Of a stretch of 60,090 bases of DNA, positions 18,296 through 28,104 are shown piece by piece. Source of the stretch: a virus. Lineage: Duplodnaviria; Caudoviricetes. The notes beneath the pieces were generated by a model. The model was not told where the DNA came from. It made no database searches and saw only the letters and a list, made by a program, of their open reading frames with translations. Numbering within the stretch: the stretch's first letter is position 1; every line of letters starts with the position of its first letter. A program made the position numbers and the translations under genes. The stretch is from positions 1 to 60,090 of the IMG/VR virus record IMGVR_UViG_3300002053_000022. The stretch is one strand, 5' to 3'.

Positions 18296-19065
18296 AAATA
18301 CCAAAAGAATTACAACAAAGAGCTGGAAGAGGTAAAAAACAAAAACCGCCATTAGCAAAACAATTTAAAGATTATGTTCCAGTACAATGGAGATTTCAAT
18401 GGGGATTTGTTAAAAACAAGTATGGAACTCTTTTAGTTTATGAGCCGAAAAAATTCATACCTAAATATGCTGATTTGTCTTATCAACATAACATAGTTAA
18501 GTTATTAGAAAATGGAAAATATGAATGTTTTGTTGATGTTGGAGCAGCATTTGGTTTGTTTCCTTTGATAGCTTCACATTATTGTAAAAAGATAATAGCT
18601 TATGAAGCATTACCATTTAGATTTGGATTACTACTCCAAAATATGGCTCATCTTCCAAAAGTTGAATGTAGATACGCTTATGTTTCACAAAAAGAAGATA
18701 CTCCTAAGATGGGAGATCCTTTTCAAATGGTTAAAAGAACGGATGAAGAAAGTTATAATATTCCTCTCGTCACATTAGACGAAGAATTAAATTTCTTAAT
18801 TCCAATAAAAGCTCCTCCAGAAGATTGTGGATGTAAATTAAAGTTACCAAAACCTATGAGAACCTTAATTAAAATTGATGTTGAAGGAAACGAATTAAAA
18901 GTTTTGAATGGTGCGACAGAATTATTAAAACAACCACATATTCATTGGACAATAGATGTTCATCCATACCAAAATGTTGAAATAAAAGATGTAAAGAAAT
19001 ATTTCATTGGAAGAGCAATGGAAGCAGCAGGAAATAATAATGTAACATTTAAGAGGTTTAAATAA
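18292..19065 (+). CDS. FkbM-family SAM-dependent methyltransferase
   Basis: FVDVGAAFG, YEA, VTLD and IKIDVEGNE. Confidence 0.88.
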   Translation: MKIPKELQQRAGRGKKQKPPLAKQFKDYVPVQWRFQWGFVKNKYGTLLVYEPKKFIPKYADLSYQHNIVKLLENGKYECFVDVGAAFGLFPLIASHYCKKIIAYEALPFRFGLLLQNMAHLPKVECRYAYVSQKEDTPKMGDPFQMVKRTDEESYNIPLVTLDEELNFLIPIKAPPEDCGCKLKLPKPMRTLIKIDVEGNELKVLNGATELLKQPHIHWTIDVHPYQNVEIKDVKKYFIGRAMEAAGNNNVTFKRFK

Positions 19066-19229
19066 TGGGATTTCCAACAAAAGAAAGCCAAGCAAGATAC
19101 AAAATATATAAGGCGGCATGGGATTTGTATTTAATGGCTACAAAGGTTGATAAAGATGCCGCAAAAAAATTAAGAGAAGAAATAGATTCTGCTTTAAAAG
19201 TATTAGAAGAGAGTGATCCATTTGGTTAA
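19065..19229 (+). CDS. Small helical protein (54 aa, not in ORF track)
   Basis: MGFPTKESQ... fills the gap; TAATG overlap. Confidence 0.5.
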   Translation: MGFPTKESQARYKIYKAAWDLYLMATKVDKDAAKKLREEIDSALKVLEESDPFG

Positions 19230-19977
19230 TATAATTATAACAAGCGAAATGAGAGTAGGTAGTAGATGGTTACACTATCTGCTATCAGAATTACTCCACA
19301 TGAAAGTAAGTCCAGAATTAGATGTATCAACATTACCAAAATCTGCTTCTATTGTTAAATTTAGATTTAAAGATAACACAATTGTAAAATTTCACCATGC
19401 ACTACCATCAGATATTTTTAGTGCTATACCTACAAAAGATTGTGTTGTTATAGCTGTTGTTAGAAATCCAAGAGATAGAATAGTATCTTGGACATTTCAT
19501 CAAAGATTTAAGCCACAAGGACAAGGATGGTTACCATTAAAGAACGCAAAGACAGACGAAGAAGCTGTTAAAACTGCATTTTATTCACATTTTAGAACTG
19601 ATGCTGATAAAAATCAAGAGATATTAATGCAACCTAAATTCAGTACTAAATTTGTAGAAGGTAAAAAAGCTGTGGGTAGTTATATTTGGACAAGTTATCA
19701 CTGGCTTAAAAACAATTTATTTAGGGAAATTAAAACGATTGTTAGATACTTAGGATTAAACATAAAAGATAGTGAAATAAAAAGGGTTTGTTTAAAACAT
19801 AGCTTCCAAAGAAGAGCAGGAAGAGCACCAGGTGAAGAAGTTAGAACAAACGAATGGTTTAGAAAAGGAGAAGAAGGCGATTGGGAAAATTGGTTTGATG
19901 AAAAAATGGTTGCAGAAAGCGCAGATAGCGATAAAAAATACTGGGATGCGATAAAAAGTGAGGAGGGAAACACTTAA
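19213..19977 (+). CDS. PAPS-dependent sulfotransferase
   Basis: 5'-PSB-like MRVGSRWL, 3'-PB VRNPRDRIVS and C-terminal FRKGEEGDW. Confidence 0.88.
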   Translation: MIHLVNIIITSEMRVGSRWLHYLLSELLHMKVSPELDVSTLPKSASIVKFRFKDNTIVKFHHALPSDIFSAIPTKDCVVIAVVRNPRDRIVSWTFHQRFKPQGQGWLPLKNAKTDEEAVKTAFYSHFRTDADKNQEILMQPKFSTKFVEGKKAVGSYIWTSYHWLKNNLFREIKTIVRYLGLNIKDSEIKRVCLKHSFQRRAGRAPGEEVRTNEWFRKGEEGDWENWFDEKMVAESADSDKKYWDAIKSEEGNT

Positions 19978-20158
19978 AAAGACTATGGTGTATAGAGTAA
20001 CATCATTTGTTGTAGCAATGTTTATTACATTTTTATTTACTGGTAGTCTTGAAATATCAATAGGATTAACAATCGTATTGGAAACAACAAAATTTATACA
20101 ATATTATTTATTTGAAAAGAAGTGGAACAAATGGAAGAAGTCAAAGGAGAATATATAA
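19958..20158 (+). CDS. DUF2061-like small membrane protein
   Basis: K..VYR...YYLFEK.W pattern. Confidence 0.7.
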   Translation: MRRETLKKTMVYRVTSFVVAMFITFLFTGSLEISIGLTIVLETTKFIQYYLFEKKWNKWKKSKENI

Positions 20159-21291
20159 GTAAGGATTTTCCATATATATCTAAAAGTAAAATAAAAACAC
20201 ATCTTTATTATTGTCCTTATCTGAGTTGGACTAAATATTTCCTTAAAGAAGAGAAAGGAGTAATGGGTATTAGATGTGATGTTGGTACTGATACACATTT
20301 AATATTTTCTGAATTTTGGAAATATGTTGATGGAGATTATATATTTGATAATTTAAAAATAAACCCAGCAATAGAATTAGATAATAATCCTGTAACTCAT
20401 TATTTTTATAGTATTTGTATGACACTTACTCCAGAATACGACAGAGAAGTACATGTCTTACAAAGAATATTCTGGAAATTTTCTCTATTACACGCAGCAA
20501 GATTCTTATATCTACATTCTCTTTTTAATGGAAACAAGTTTAAAGTTTGGGAATATTTCAAACCATTAGAAATAGAAGAATTTTATATTGATGATCTTTT
20601 TGAAATATTTGGAACTCTTGATATTGTTTTTAGAGAAATAGATGAACAACTTAACGAAGGAATATTTGTTGCAGATTATAAAACTGGTAATATTCCAGCT
20701 TCTGTTAAAAGAGGGCCTAAAAATATATCAGATGATACTTCTGTTAAATTACCTCCTAAGTTTATGTTTGAAATACATTTCTATGGTTTATGTTTTCTAT
20801 TAAAAAGAGGATGGCGCTTTACAGACGAAAGAATTAAAAGATTTGTTATTGATGATGAATATAAGGACGAACACGGATGGCATAAGTTTGGTTTAGGAAA
20901 AACAAAAGAAGAACAACAAGACATTGATGACGCTAAAAGAAAATATCTTACAACAATAGATCATAAATTAAAAAGAAAAGATATAAAAACAAACAAACTT
21001 GTAACATTTAAACACGGAGGAATCACACTTGGAATAATATTTCTTAGTGGAGATCCAAACATAGATGTTCCAGTCGTTGCTAAAAAGAAATTTACTTATT
21101 CTTCATTCAAAACAGTGTTGTATAAAATAAATGCAATGAGACAAATTTATTTCAATAGAGATAATGATGAATATTATTTAATAAGAGAAATGAAGACAAG
21201 ACCAGAATATAATGAATATAGATGTGTTCATTGTTCTCGAAATGAAAGATGTTTAAAAGAAATAGAAGAGGCGTTTGCTCGTGGCGAATAG
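20122..21291 (+). CDS. Cas4/AddB-like PD-(D/E)XK nuclease with Fe-S cysteines
   Basis: SKS...CP, GT..H, GTLD, DYKTG and C-terminal CxxC...C. Confidence 0.8.
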   Translation: MEQMEEVKGEYISKDFPYISKSKIKTHLYYCPYLSWTKYFLKEEKGVMGIRCDVGTDTHLIFSEFWKYVDGDYIFDNLKINPAIELDNNPVTHYFYSICMTLTPEYDREVHVLQRIFWKFSLLHAARFLYLHSLFNGNKFKVWEYFKPLEIEEFYIDDLFEIFGTLDIVFREIDEQLNEGIFVADYKTGNIPASVKRGPKNISDDTSVKLPPKFMFEIHFYGLCFLLKRGWRFTDERIKRFVIDDEYKDEHGWHKFGLGKTKEEQQDIDDAKRKYLTTIDHKLKRKDIKTNKLVTFKHGGITLGIIFLSGDPNIDVPVVAKKKFTYSSFKTVLYKINAMRQIYFNRDNDEYYLIREMKTRPEYNEYRCVHCSRNERCLKEIEEAFARGE

Positions 21292-21427
21292 ATGTCCAAA
21301 ATGTAAAAAGAAAAACCCAAAATTCATACAATGTTTTGCAAGAGAAAATGGTATAATAAGATTTGGTTTTCAATGCAAAAAATGTGGTCACAAGTTTGAA
21401 ACGACAAGTTACGAGAGGGAGTTATAG
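21281..21427 (+). CDS. TFIIS-C-like zinc ribbon (48 aa, not in ORF track)
   Basis: RCPKC...FQCKKCGHKF; GTG start with GAGG RBS. Confidence 0.6.
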   Translation: MANRCPKCKKKNPKFIQCFARENGIIRFGFQCKKCGHKFETTSYEREL

Positions 21428-21428
21428 T

Positions 21429-22469
21429 GTGTTCATCGAAACAGGAGTCTCACAACGAGTTCCTTTTAGAAGGATGTTTGACAGTGAGCGACTTGCAATT
21501 CAAGATTTCAACAAATACAAACATTACTCGAATGTTTATCACAGTGTTTATTGGTTCAGGGAAAGAGAAGAAAAATTTGATACACATGGAAATTTCATTA
21601 GATGGGGGCCTGACTATAATACAGCAGTTATTACAAGAATTAATCTTGACCTCGATTCCTTCAAAACGATTAGGCTTAATGGGTCGACTATTGAAGTCTA
21701 TACTGACGAGGGAGTAGAATCAATATTGAGGTTTGCTGATTGGTGTGATAAACATAATTATATGAGACAATATATTTTTAGTGGAGGAGGATTCTATGGT
21801 CAAGTTAAAGCCAGTGGACATCCTTTAAAGCTAAGAGATGGAATGCTACATCTTGGAGCAGAACTAGGACTAGAAATCGATCCAGCGACTGTTGGAGATA
21901 CATCAAGAATGATGAGAGTTCTTAATTCTTTTAACTTTGGAGAACATAGAAAATGTTTTTGTATTCCACTCTCAGAAGACGAAATTCACCTCTCTTATAA
22001 CAAAATTCATTCTCTTGCTCAATCTCCAAGATTTAGACAAAGATACATCTATGGAGAAGAAACATTTAGTTTAGATAGATTTAAAATAGATGAATATAAA
22101 ATCGAAAAGAAACAATTGTTTATAAGTATAAAACAAAATCCTAATGCAGAAAAAATATTAGAAAAATATGGTTGGCAAACAAATGATTTTTGTGACACCA
22201 TTAAACATATTATAAGTAAAGAGTATGTAGGTCATTATTTAAGATATGAACTACTTAAATATTTAAGGAGTGTAGTTTTTATGGAAATAGAAGACGCTGT
22301 TAATCTAATAGCCGCATTATTAAAAGAAGAAGGAATACACTCTTTAGCAGAAGGACAAGCAAGATATGTTTATACATATAACAGAGTTTTTAATCCTAAA
22401 AAATTAAAAGCTATGGGAATTTGTCCTCCTAATTGCCATAAATGTATGAGGTTGAGAAATATATTATGA
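21429..22469 (+). CDS. Archaeo-eukaryotic primase, catalytic domain fused to PriL-like C-domain
   Basis: LDLD, FSGGGFY, RMMRV and C-terminal GH..R...C..C; probable start at GTG 21429. Confidence 0.8.
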   Translation: MFIETGVSQRVPFRRMFDSERLAIQDFNKYKHYSNVYHSVYWFREREEKFDTHGNFIRWGPDYNTAVITRINLDLDSFKTIRLNGSTIEVYTDEGVESILRFADWCDKHNYMRQYIFSGGGFYGQVKASGHPLKLRDGMLHLGAELGLEIDPATVGDTSRMMRVLNSFNFGEHRKCFCIPLSEDEIHLSYNKIHSLAQSPRFRQRYIYGEETFSLDRFKIDEYKIEKKQLFISIKQNPNAEKILEKYGWQTNDFCDTIKHIISKEYVGHYLRYELLKYLRSVVFMEIEDAVNLIAALLKEEGIHSLAEGQARYVYTYNRVFNPKKLKAMGICPPNCHKCMRLRNIL

Positions 22470-22634
22470 GTATAGATTTTGAAAAAATGTGGGAAAAACT
22501 ACAAAAACTTGCGTCTTTAATAAGAGAAAAGGATGGTTGGAGTTGTGATCTATCCAGAATAGAAGACGATGAAAAAAATGGAATATTTCTCAATATTTAC
22601 CAAAAAAAGGAACAAAAATTAAAAGGCGATTATT

Positions 22635-23219
22635 TTGCTTGAAGGAAAAATTATATGGTTTTGGGGTTTGTCTGGAAGTGGAAAAACTACTTTAGCCGAC
22701 AAACTCTGTAATAAATTGATGTATAAATTAAGAACTGCAGAACAAGAAGGACAAATTGGTGTAGTTTCTGACATCCAAAGATTAGATGGAGATATTGTAA
22801 GACAATCTCTCACAAAAGATTTAGGCTTCTCAATAGAAGACAGATTTGAACATATAAGAAGAGTGGCATTTGTGGCTGATTTGCTTTCAAGACACGAGGT
22901 TTTGGTTATTTGTTCTTTTATAACTCCTCTTAAAGCAATGAGAATGTTTCTTAGAGAATATCTAGGAGACAGATTAATTCTTATTGAGTGTAGATGTCCT
23001 CTCGAAGAGTGTATGAGAAGAGACCCTAAAAAATTATACAGAGCTGCGCTTTATGGTAAAATAAATAATATGACTGGATTAACTTCTCCTTTTGAAGCAG
23101 GCCCAACAAATTATCCAGCAGGCACTACTGGAGAAACAATTGTTAGTACATATTATTGGAACGAAGAACAGTGTTTAGAACAAATAATAAATTATTTAAA
23201 AGAGAAGAAATATTTATGA
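22635..23219 (+). CDS. cysC: Adenylyl-sulfate (APS) kinase
   Basis: GLSGSGKTT, LDGDIVR, LGFS.EDR, RDPKKLY and TG..SPFE. Confidence 0.93.
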   Translation: MLEGKIIWFWGLSGSGKTTLADKLCNKLMYKLRTAEQEGQIGVVSDIQRLDGDIVRQSLTKDLGFSIEDRFEHIRRVAFVADLLSRHEVLVICSFITPLKAMRMFLREYLGDRLILIECRCPLEECMRRDPKKLYRAALYGKINNMTGLTSPFEAGPTNYPAGTTGETIVSTYYWNEEQCLEQIINYLKEKKYL

Positions 23220-23620
23220 GCGAAAAATATTATGCTTTGAAAATTGAAAATTCAGATCACGCCTTGCTTTTTCATTTTACATTTACTCCAGAAGAAGCAA
23301 AAAATACTAAAGTAAGTATCGGAACAATAGAAAGCGTGTTGCCTCATGGTCTTTTAGGAGAGGAACACCACATAGAATGTAAAACAATATCAATAATTGG
23401 TATGCACAGGCAGGCGTATAAAGATGATCAAGCTTTGTAATCTTATAAATGATATAAGAGAAGGCATAGACGATATTCAACTTATGCCAGATTCAGAATT
23501 ACACTATGAATATGTAAGAGACAAATTAAATCAATTAGAAAAAACTTTAGTTCAACAAGGAGAAATTTTAAAAGAAATAGCAAAATTTCTAACTTGGGAT
23601 GATATGGAAAAGTGGTATGA

Positions 23621-24400
23621 ATGATTGTTATAGATAGCAGAGAGCCTTCAGAAGTTTTTGAGGCTTTTGAAGAAAAAGGAGTGCCTTATATTAAGGCGGC
23701 ACTAAACTTCTACTCTTGCAAAGAATGTAAGAAAGTGGATTTTGTAAAATTTGAAGTTTGCCCAGAATGTGGAAGTAAAGATATAATGGTAGAAGACGCT
23801 GGAGACTTCACAAACACAACAAGATCATTCTTAGTTGAAAGAAAGACAGAAGGAGATTTCATTGGTTCAATGTTAGATAAATCCCTTCAACAACAAGCGG
23901 CAAGAATGGCTAAATATTTTGGTGGATGGAAGTTTGTCTTCTTAGAAGGATTTATTACAGTTATGGTTGATAATCCTTATAATCAAAAAATTAGACCTTG
24001 GATAAAATCAATGCGTGTTTATCTTAGACAATTCGATATTTGTATGTGGCAAATGGATGACATATATATGTTGATTGATGAACTTGTCAGATTAGATAAG
24101 AATGCTGGTGAAGATCCAAAAGTTTATGATAAAGTAGATGATAAATATTCTGGATGGTCAGATAGCAAGAAAATTGTTTGTAAATTAGTTGATGTTTCTG
24201 ATAAAAAGGCAGATGTTTTATTAGAAGAGTTTAAAACTCCTTGGGATATATTTAATGCAATTATGAGCTCAAAAATTCTCTATACCAGAACTGGTAATCC
24301 TAAAGGAGTTTCTGGGCCGTTAGCAAAAGTAAAAGGATTTGGGCATAAATTTGTAACAAAAAATCAAGACATGTTGTTAAATAAAGATGGAAATAAGTGA
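23621..24400 (+). CDS. ERCC4/XPF-family nuclease with zinc-ribbon insertion
   Basis: IDSRE, GDF, VERKT..DF, LEG; HhH-like C-terminus. Confidence 0.85.
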   Translation: MIVIDSREPSEVFEAFEEKGVPYIKAALNFYSCKECKKVDFVKFEVCPECGSKDIMVEDAGDFTNTTRSFLVERKTEGDFIGSMLDKSLQQQAARMAKYFGGWKFVFLEGFITVMVDNPYNQKIRPWIKSMRVYLRQFDICMWQMDDIYMLIDELVRLDKNAGEDPKVYDKVDDKYSGWSDSKKIVCKLVDVSDKKADVLLEEFKTPWDIFNAIMSSKILYTRTGNPKGVSGPLAKVKGFGHKFVTKNQDMLLNKDGNK

Positions 24401-26195
24401 TGTTAGAAATTATATTGCACAGGAATGCCTTCAGTTTGTCAGATATGGCAAAGGTAATTTAATTTTTAACACATTTACTGGTTCTGGAAAAACAACAACA
24501 ATTTTAAAAACACTTTATGAAAGTGAAGATGGATTCACATGGATGTATTTTGCGCCTTACCACAAAGTTATAGAAGAAAACATAGAGCTTTCGAGCGTTA
24601 TAGACTTTTATAATTTAGTACATTTACAAGCGAGAAAACATGTTTGTTTATCAAAAGAATTTAGAACATTAGCAGAAAATAAAATAAATATAGCTCCATT
24701 TTGTGAAAATTTTTGTACTAAGAGAGATGATGGTTGTCCTTATTATGAAAACTTAAGAATATTGAGAGAGATGCCAACCTGTTTTGCTGGAGTTCATTCA
24801 CATATACCAACTCTTTTACAAACTCTTTTGTATGAAAAATGGTCTAATAAATGTTTATTTAATTATTATGATGTTATTATAATTGATGAATTTCCATTAA
24901 GCACTATTTATAATCAAATTTCGATAACAAAAAGAGATATAGATTATTGTAGAGATGTGTTAGAATTAACACAAATTCAATCTAATGAATCAGCTGTTTT
25001 AATGATGATGTTAGACCAGCTCTCATTGGCTACCGATGCTATTGAAATAAACTATGAAAAAATATATCACATTGTAGAGGGTATAAGAGGATTAAACTTC
25101 GATAAATTTAAAGAACAATATGATATTGAAATATTAAATCTTATAAGAAAAAAGAGAATTTTATCACCTCCACAAGAAATATTACATTATTTATCGGAGA
25201 TACACAAAGTAAAACCTTCTGTTGAAAAATTGAGATGGATGATATATAAAACAAAGAACAATCAATGGCATAGAGGAATGATACATTTAACAATATCAAA
25301 TCTCCCATCATTTCTTAGTTTGCCGATAAAAGTTATTGCTCTTGATGGAACAGCAGATTTAGAAACTTGGAAAAATGTGTTAGGAGATGATTGCACATCT
25401 ATAAGTTTTGATATTGAATATAAAAATACATATCAATTAATTGGAGCAAGAAACCCTGTAAGTACTATAATAAAAAATGGTAAATTGTCTGGCTCTGGAA
25501 AGAGGTTATTTGATTTATTAGCAACAATTTGTGAAAACAAAGAAGGAAAAGTTCTTATTTGTTGTACTAAACGAGTTCAAACATTATTAGCAAAAGAGTT
25601 TAAAAAGAGATACATAGATAATTATGTATTTGCTACATATTTTAATTTAAGATCCAGAAATTCCTACTATGAAGAATGTGATACTTGTGTAGTGTTTCAC
25701 GAACCAAATATTCCACCATTTCAAGTTGAAATAATTAGAGAATTATTGCGTTGGCCTGAGGATGTTGTTATTAAAGTTCACAGAGAAGATGAAATGAAAC
25801 AAGGTATAGGAAGAGAAAGACAAAATATTCCTATAACACCAAGAGGAAGAAAAAGAGGTTTGAGAGAAATTTACATATTCTCATCTACTGGTTATAACAG
25901 ACTAGTGCCAGAAGCAAAATATATGATTAGCAATGATATGTATGCTTATATAAAAGGTGGAAAGAAAAGATTATTTTTTGAGAAACTTAGAGAAATTCTC
26001 GGAAAATATTGTCCCGCATCTAAGACAAAATTAAAAACATTATTAGGATTGCCAACAACAAAATTTAATCATATTTTAAGAATTTTAGAAGAAGAAGGAG
26101 TTGTGAAAGTTTCATGGGGAAAGGTGGAATATTTAGAAGAATTAAGAGAAGAAGACGAAGAAAAATATTTGATAAGGATTGGAAGAGCTTGGTAG
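24387..26195 (+). CDS. Superfamily 2 helicase-like protein (Fe-S Cys cluster, C-terminal wHTH)
   Basis: TGSGKTT, C...C...C...CPYY, IIIDE and QGIGR.R. Confidence 0.75.
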   Translation: MEISDVRNYIAQECLQFVRYGKGNLIFNTFTGSGKTTTILKTLYESEDGFTWMYFAPYHKVIEENIELSSVIDFYNLVHLQARKHVCLSKEFRTLAENKINIAPFCENFCTKRDDGCPYYENLRILREMPTCFAGVHSHIPTLLQTLLYEKWSNKCLFNYYDVIIIDEFPLSTIYNQISITKRDIDYCRDVLELTQIQSNESAVLMMMLDQLSLATDAIEINYEKIYHIVEGIRGLNFDKFKEQYDIEILNLIRKKRILSPPQEILHYLSEIHKVKPSVEKLRWMIYKTKNNQWHRGMIHLTISNLPSFLSLPIKVIALDGTADLETWKNVLGDDCTSISFDIEYKNTYQLIGARNPVSTIIKNGKLSGSGKRLFDLLATICENKEGKVLICCTKRVQTLLAKEFKKRYIDNYVFATYFNLRSRNSYYEECDTCVVFHEPNIPPFQVEIIRELLRWPEDVVIKVHREDEMKQGIGRERQNIPITPRGRKRGLREIYIFSSTGYNRLVPEAKYMISNDMYAYIKGGKKRLFFEKLREILGKYCPASKTKLKTLLGLPTTKFNHILRILEEEGVVKVSWGKVEYLEELREEDEEKYLIRIGRAW

Positions 26196-26436
26196 GAATG
26201 CCTTTAAATGAACAAACTCTTCAATATGCAAAGGAATTAGCAAAAAGCAAGTTTCAAATACCAGTATCTACAATATATACAATGGGAGTAGATTATGGAA
26301 AAAGAGAAATTGCTGCTATTACTATTGAATTTCCGTGGGCAACGCAAACTGAGTGCATAATAATAGAAATACCAAAACAATCTCCTAAACCAGAAATTCC
26401 AGACATGCTACACAACATAAGAGAATTGTTTGAACT

Positions 26437-26820
26437 ATGGTCGAGATAAGCGAAGAAGAATACAGAGAATACATGTATTTAAAAAGGAAAGAAGCGGAGA
26501 GAATCAGAGCAATAGAAGAGACTTTGAAGAAGGGAATTCCTCAATTTAAAAAATGGAGAGAAGATCTTAACAGCGTAAGAGGTTATGCTGCTGTTTTTGT
26601 TAAGATTTTAAATGAAGAATGGGAGAAGAGAGGACAACCAGACTCGTTTGTCTTAGACAGACTTAGAGTTGTGTTTCAATATCTTCCAGATTTCTTATTA
26701 ACTAAAAAAAAAGGAAAAATATATATAAAAAAATACTTCAGAGAATGTCTTAGACAATATGGATGGTCAGTTAGAATTGATCATAAATATGGTTTATTTG
26801 AAGTTTTTAAAAACATTTAA
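26437..26820 (+). CDS. Hypothetical protein
   Basis: Long coupled ORF. Confidence 0.55.
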   Translation: MVEISEEEYREYMYLKRKEAERIRAIEETLKKGIPQFKKWREDLNSVRGYAAVFVKILNEEWEKRGQPDSFVLDRLRVVFQYLPDFLLTKKKGKIYIKKYFRECLRQYGWSVRIDHKYGLFEVFKNI

Positions 26821-26824
26821 CAAG

Positions 26825-26832
26825 TTTATAAA
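26825..26832 (+). promoter_or_regulatory. Archaeal TATA box upstream of the glycosyltransferase pair
   Basis: TTTATAAA in a rare intergenic gap, followed by an AGTGAT RBS. Confidence 0.55.
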
Positions 26833-26874
26833 TTATTAAAACACATTATAATATAGAAAAATGAGTGATATTAA

Positions 26875-28104
26875 ATGCTGATAGATCACGAACGACAAAG
26901 GATAGTATGTTTATCACAAGATCCAAAAACAATCTTTTCTTATGGATTACAAGTAAATGAACTAATAAAAGGGCTTACTGATTATCAGTTCCATATAATT
27001 AGTTCTCAATATGCTTATGGAAGACCTTATGAAAGTGATGGTTATATCACTTGGGCTTTTGAAGGAGAACAACAAAGAACAACGACAACTCTAAAAAAGA
27101 TTGTTGATTATACTAATCCTGTGTGTGTTTTTTCTATGGGAGACATACACCACCATCCAAATGTGAGTATGGGAAAACCTCTACAAGTTCCATGGGTTTC
27201 ATGGTTTCCTTGGGATAACCACGATATGCCAGGATTGTTAAGAGCAAAACAACATATAGAAGAGCCAGATATAAAAGTTACAATGAGTGATTTTGCTTTT
27301 GATTTAATGAAACAATGTGGAATAGAGGTTGATGAAGTAATATACAATATTGTTAATACTGATACTTTTTATCCTATGTCGAGAGAAGAAATGGATAGAG
27401 AGACATTGGTGAAAATGAATCCAGCAATAGCTGATAAAAAAATATTATTGTTTGTTGGAAGACCATCTTGGAGAAAAAATCTTGAATTTTTAATGGGCGC
27501 ATTTAAAGAAATTTGTCGACAAAGAGATGATGTTCTGCTTTATTTACATGTTGATTTTGATGATGAAGGAGCAGAAGAAAGACCTAATATGGATAAACTA
27601 ACACATGCCTTACAATTAAATGATAAAATAATCAACACAGAGAAAAATAAATGGACTACTGGAATAGGAGCTAATTATCTTAATAGGCTTTATAATCTGT
27701 GTGATTTATATGTTACTCCTCATGGAGGAGAAGGGTTTGGGTTACCTATTTGCGAAGCTATGGCAACGGGAATTCCATTCGTAGCTACAAATTGTACTAC
27801 AATGCCAGAATTCGCAGGTGACGAAGAGAGAGGATTGTTAGCAAATGTTAGATTAAATCATCTCGAAAGAGGAATATATAGACCTTGGGTTGATATAAAA
27901 GATTTTACTGATAAGATTCTTTATTTGCTCGACAATGACGACGAACGAAATAAAATGGGAAGAGCAGGAATGAAATGGGTTCACGAAAATTGTTCACACA
28001 AAGTTATAGTTCCTCAATGGAAAAATCTATTTGAAAAATTAAATGTTCCTTTGTGTAATGTAGATAGAAATTCTATGATAATTGATTGGAGGGATAATTT
28101 ATGA
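26875..28104 (+). CDS. Glycosyltransferase family 4 (GT-B)
   Basis: FVGR..RKN and EGFGLPICEAMATG. Confidence 0.92.
   Translation: MLIDHERQRIVCLSQDPKTIFSYGLQVNELIKGLTDYQFHIISSQYAYGRPYESDGYITWAFEGEQQRTTTTLKKIVDYTNPVCVFSMGDIHHHPNVSMGKPLQVPWVSWFPWDNHDMPGLLRAKQHIEEPDIKVTMSDFAFDLMKQCGIEVDEVIYNIVNTDTFYPMSREEMDRETLVKMNPAIADKKILLFVGRPSWRKNLEFLMGAFKEICRQRDDVLLYLHVDFDDEGAEERPNMDKLTHALQLNDKIINTEKNKWTTGIGANYLNRLYNLCDLYVTPHGGEGFGLPICEAMATGIPFVATNCTTMPEFAGDEERGLLANVRLNHLERGIYRPWVDIKDFTDKILYLLDNDDERNKMGRAGMKWVHENCSHKVIVPQWKNLFEKLNVPLCNVDRNSMIIDWRDNL

Noticed and set aside
20122-21291. CRISPR-Cas system suggested by the Cas4-like gene
   Set aside because: No array or other cas genes; solo Cas4-like nucleases are common in archaeal viruses.
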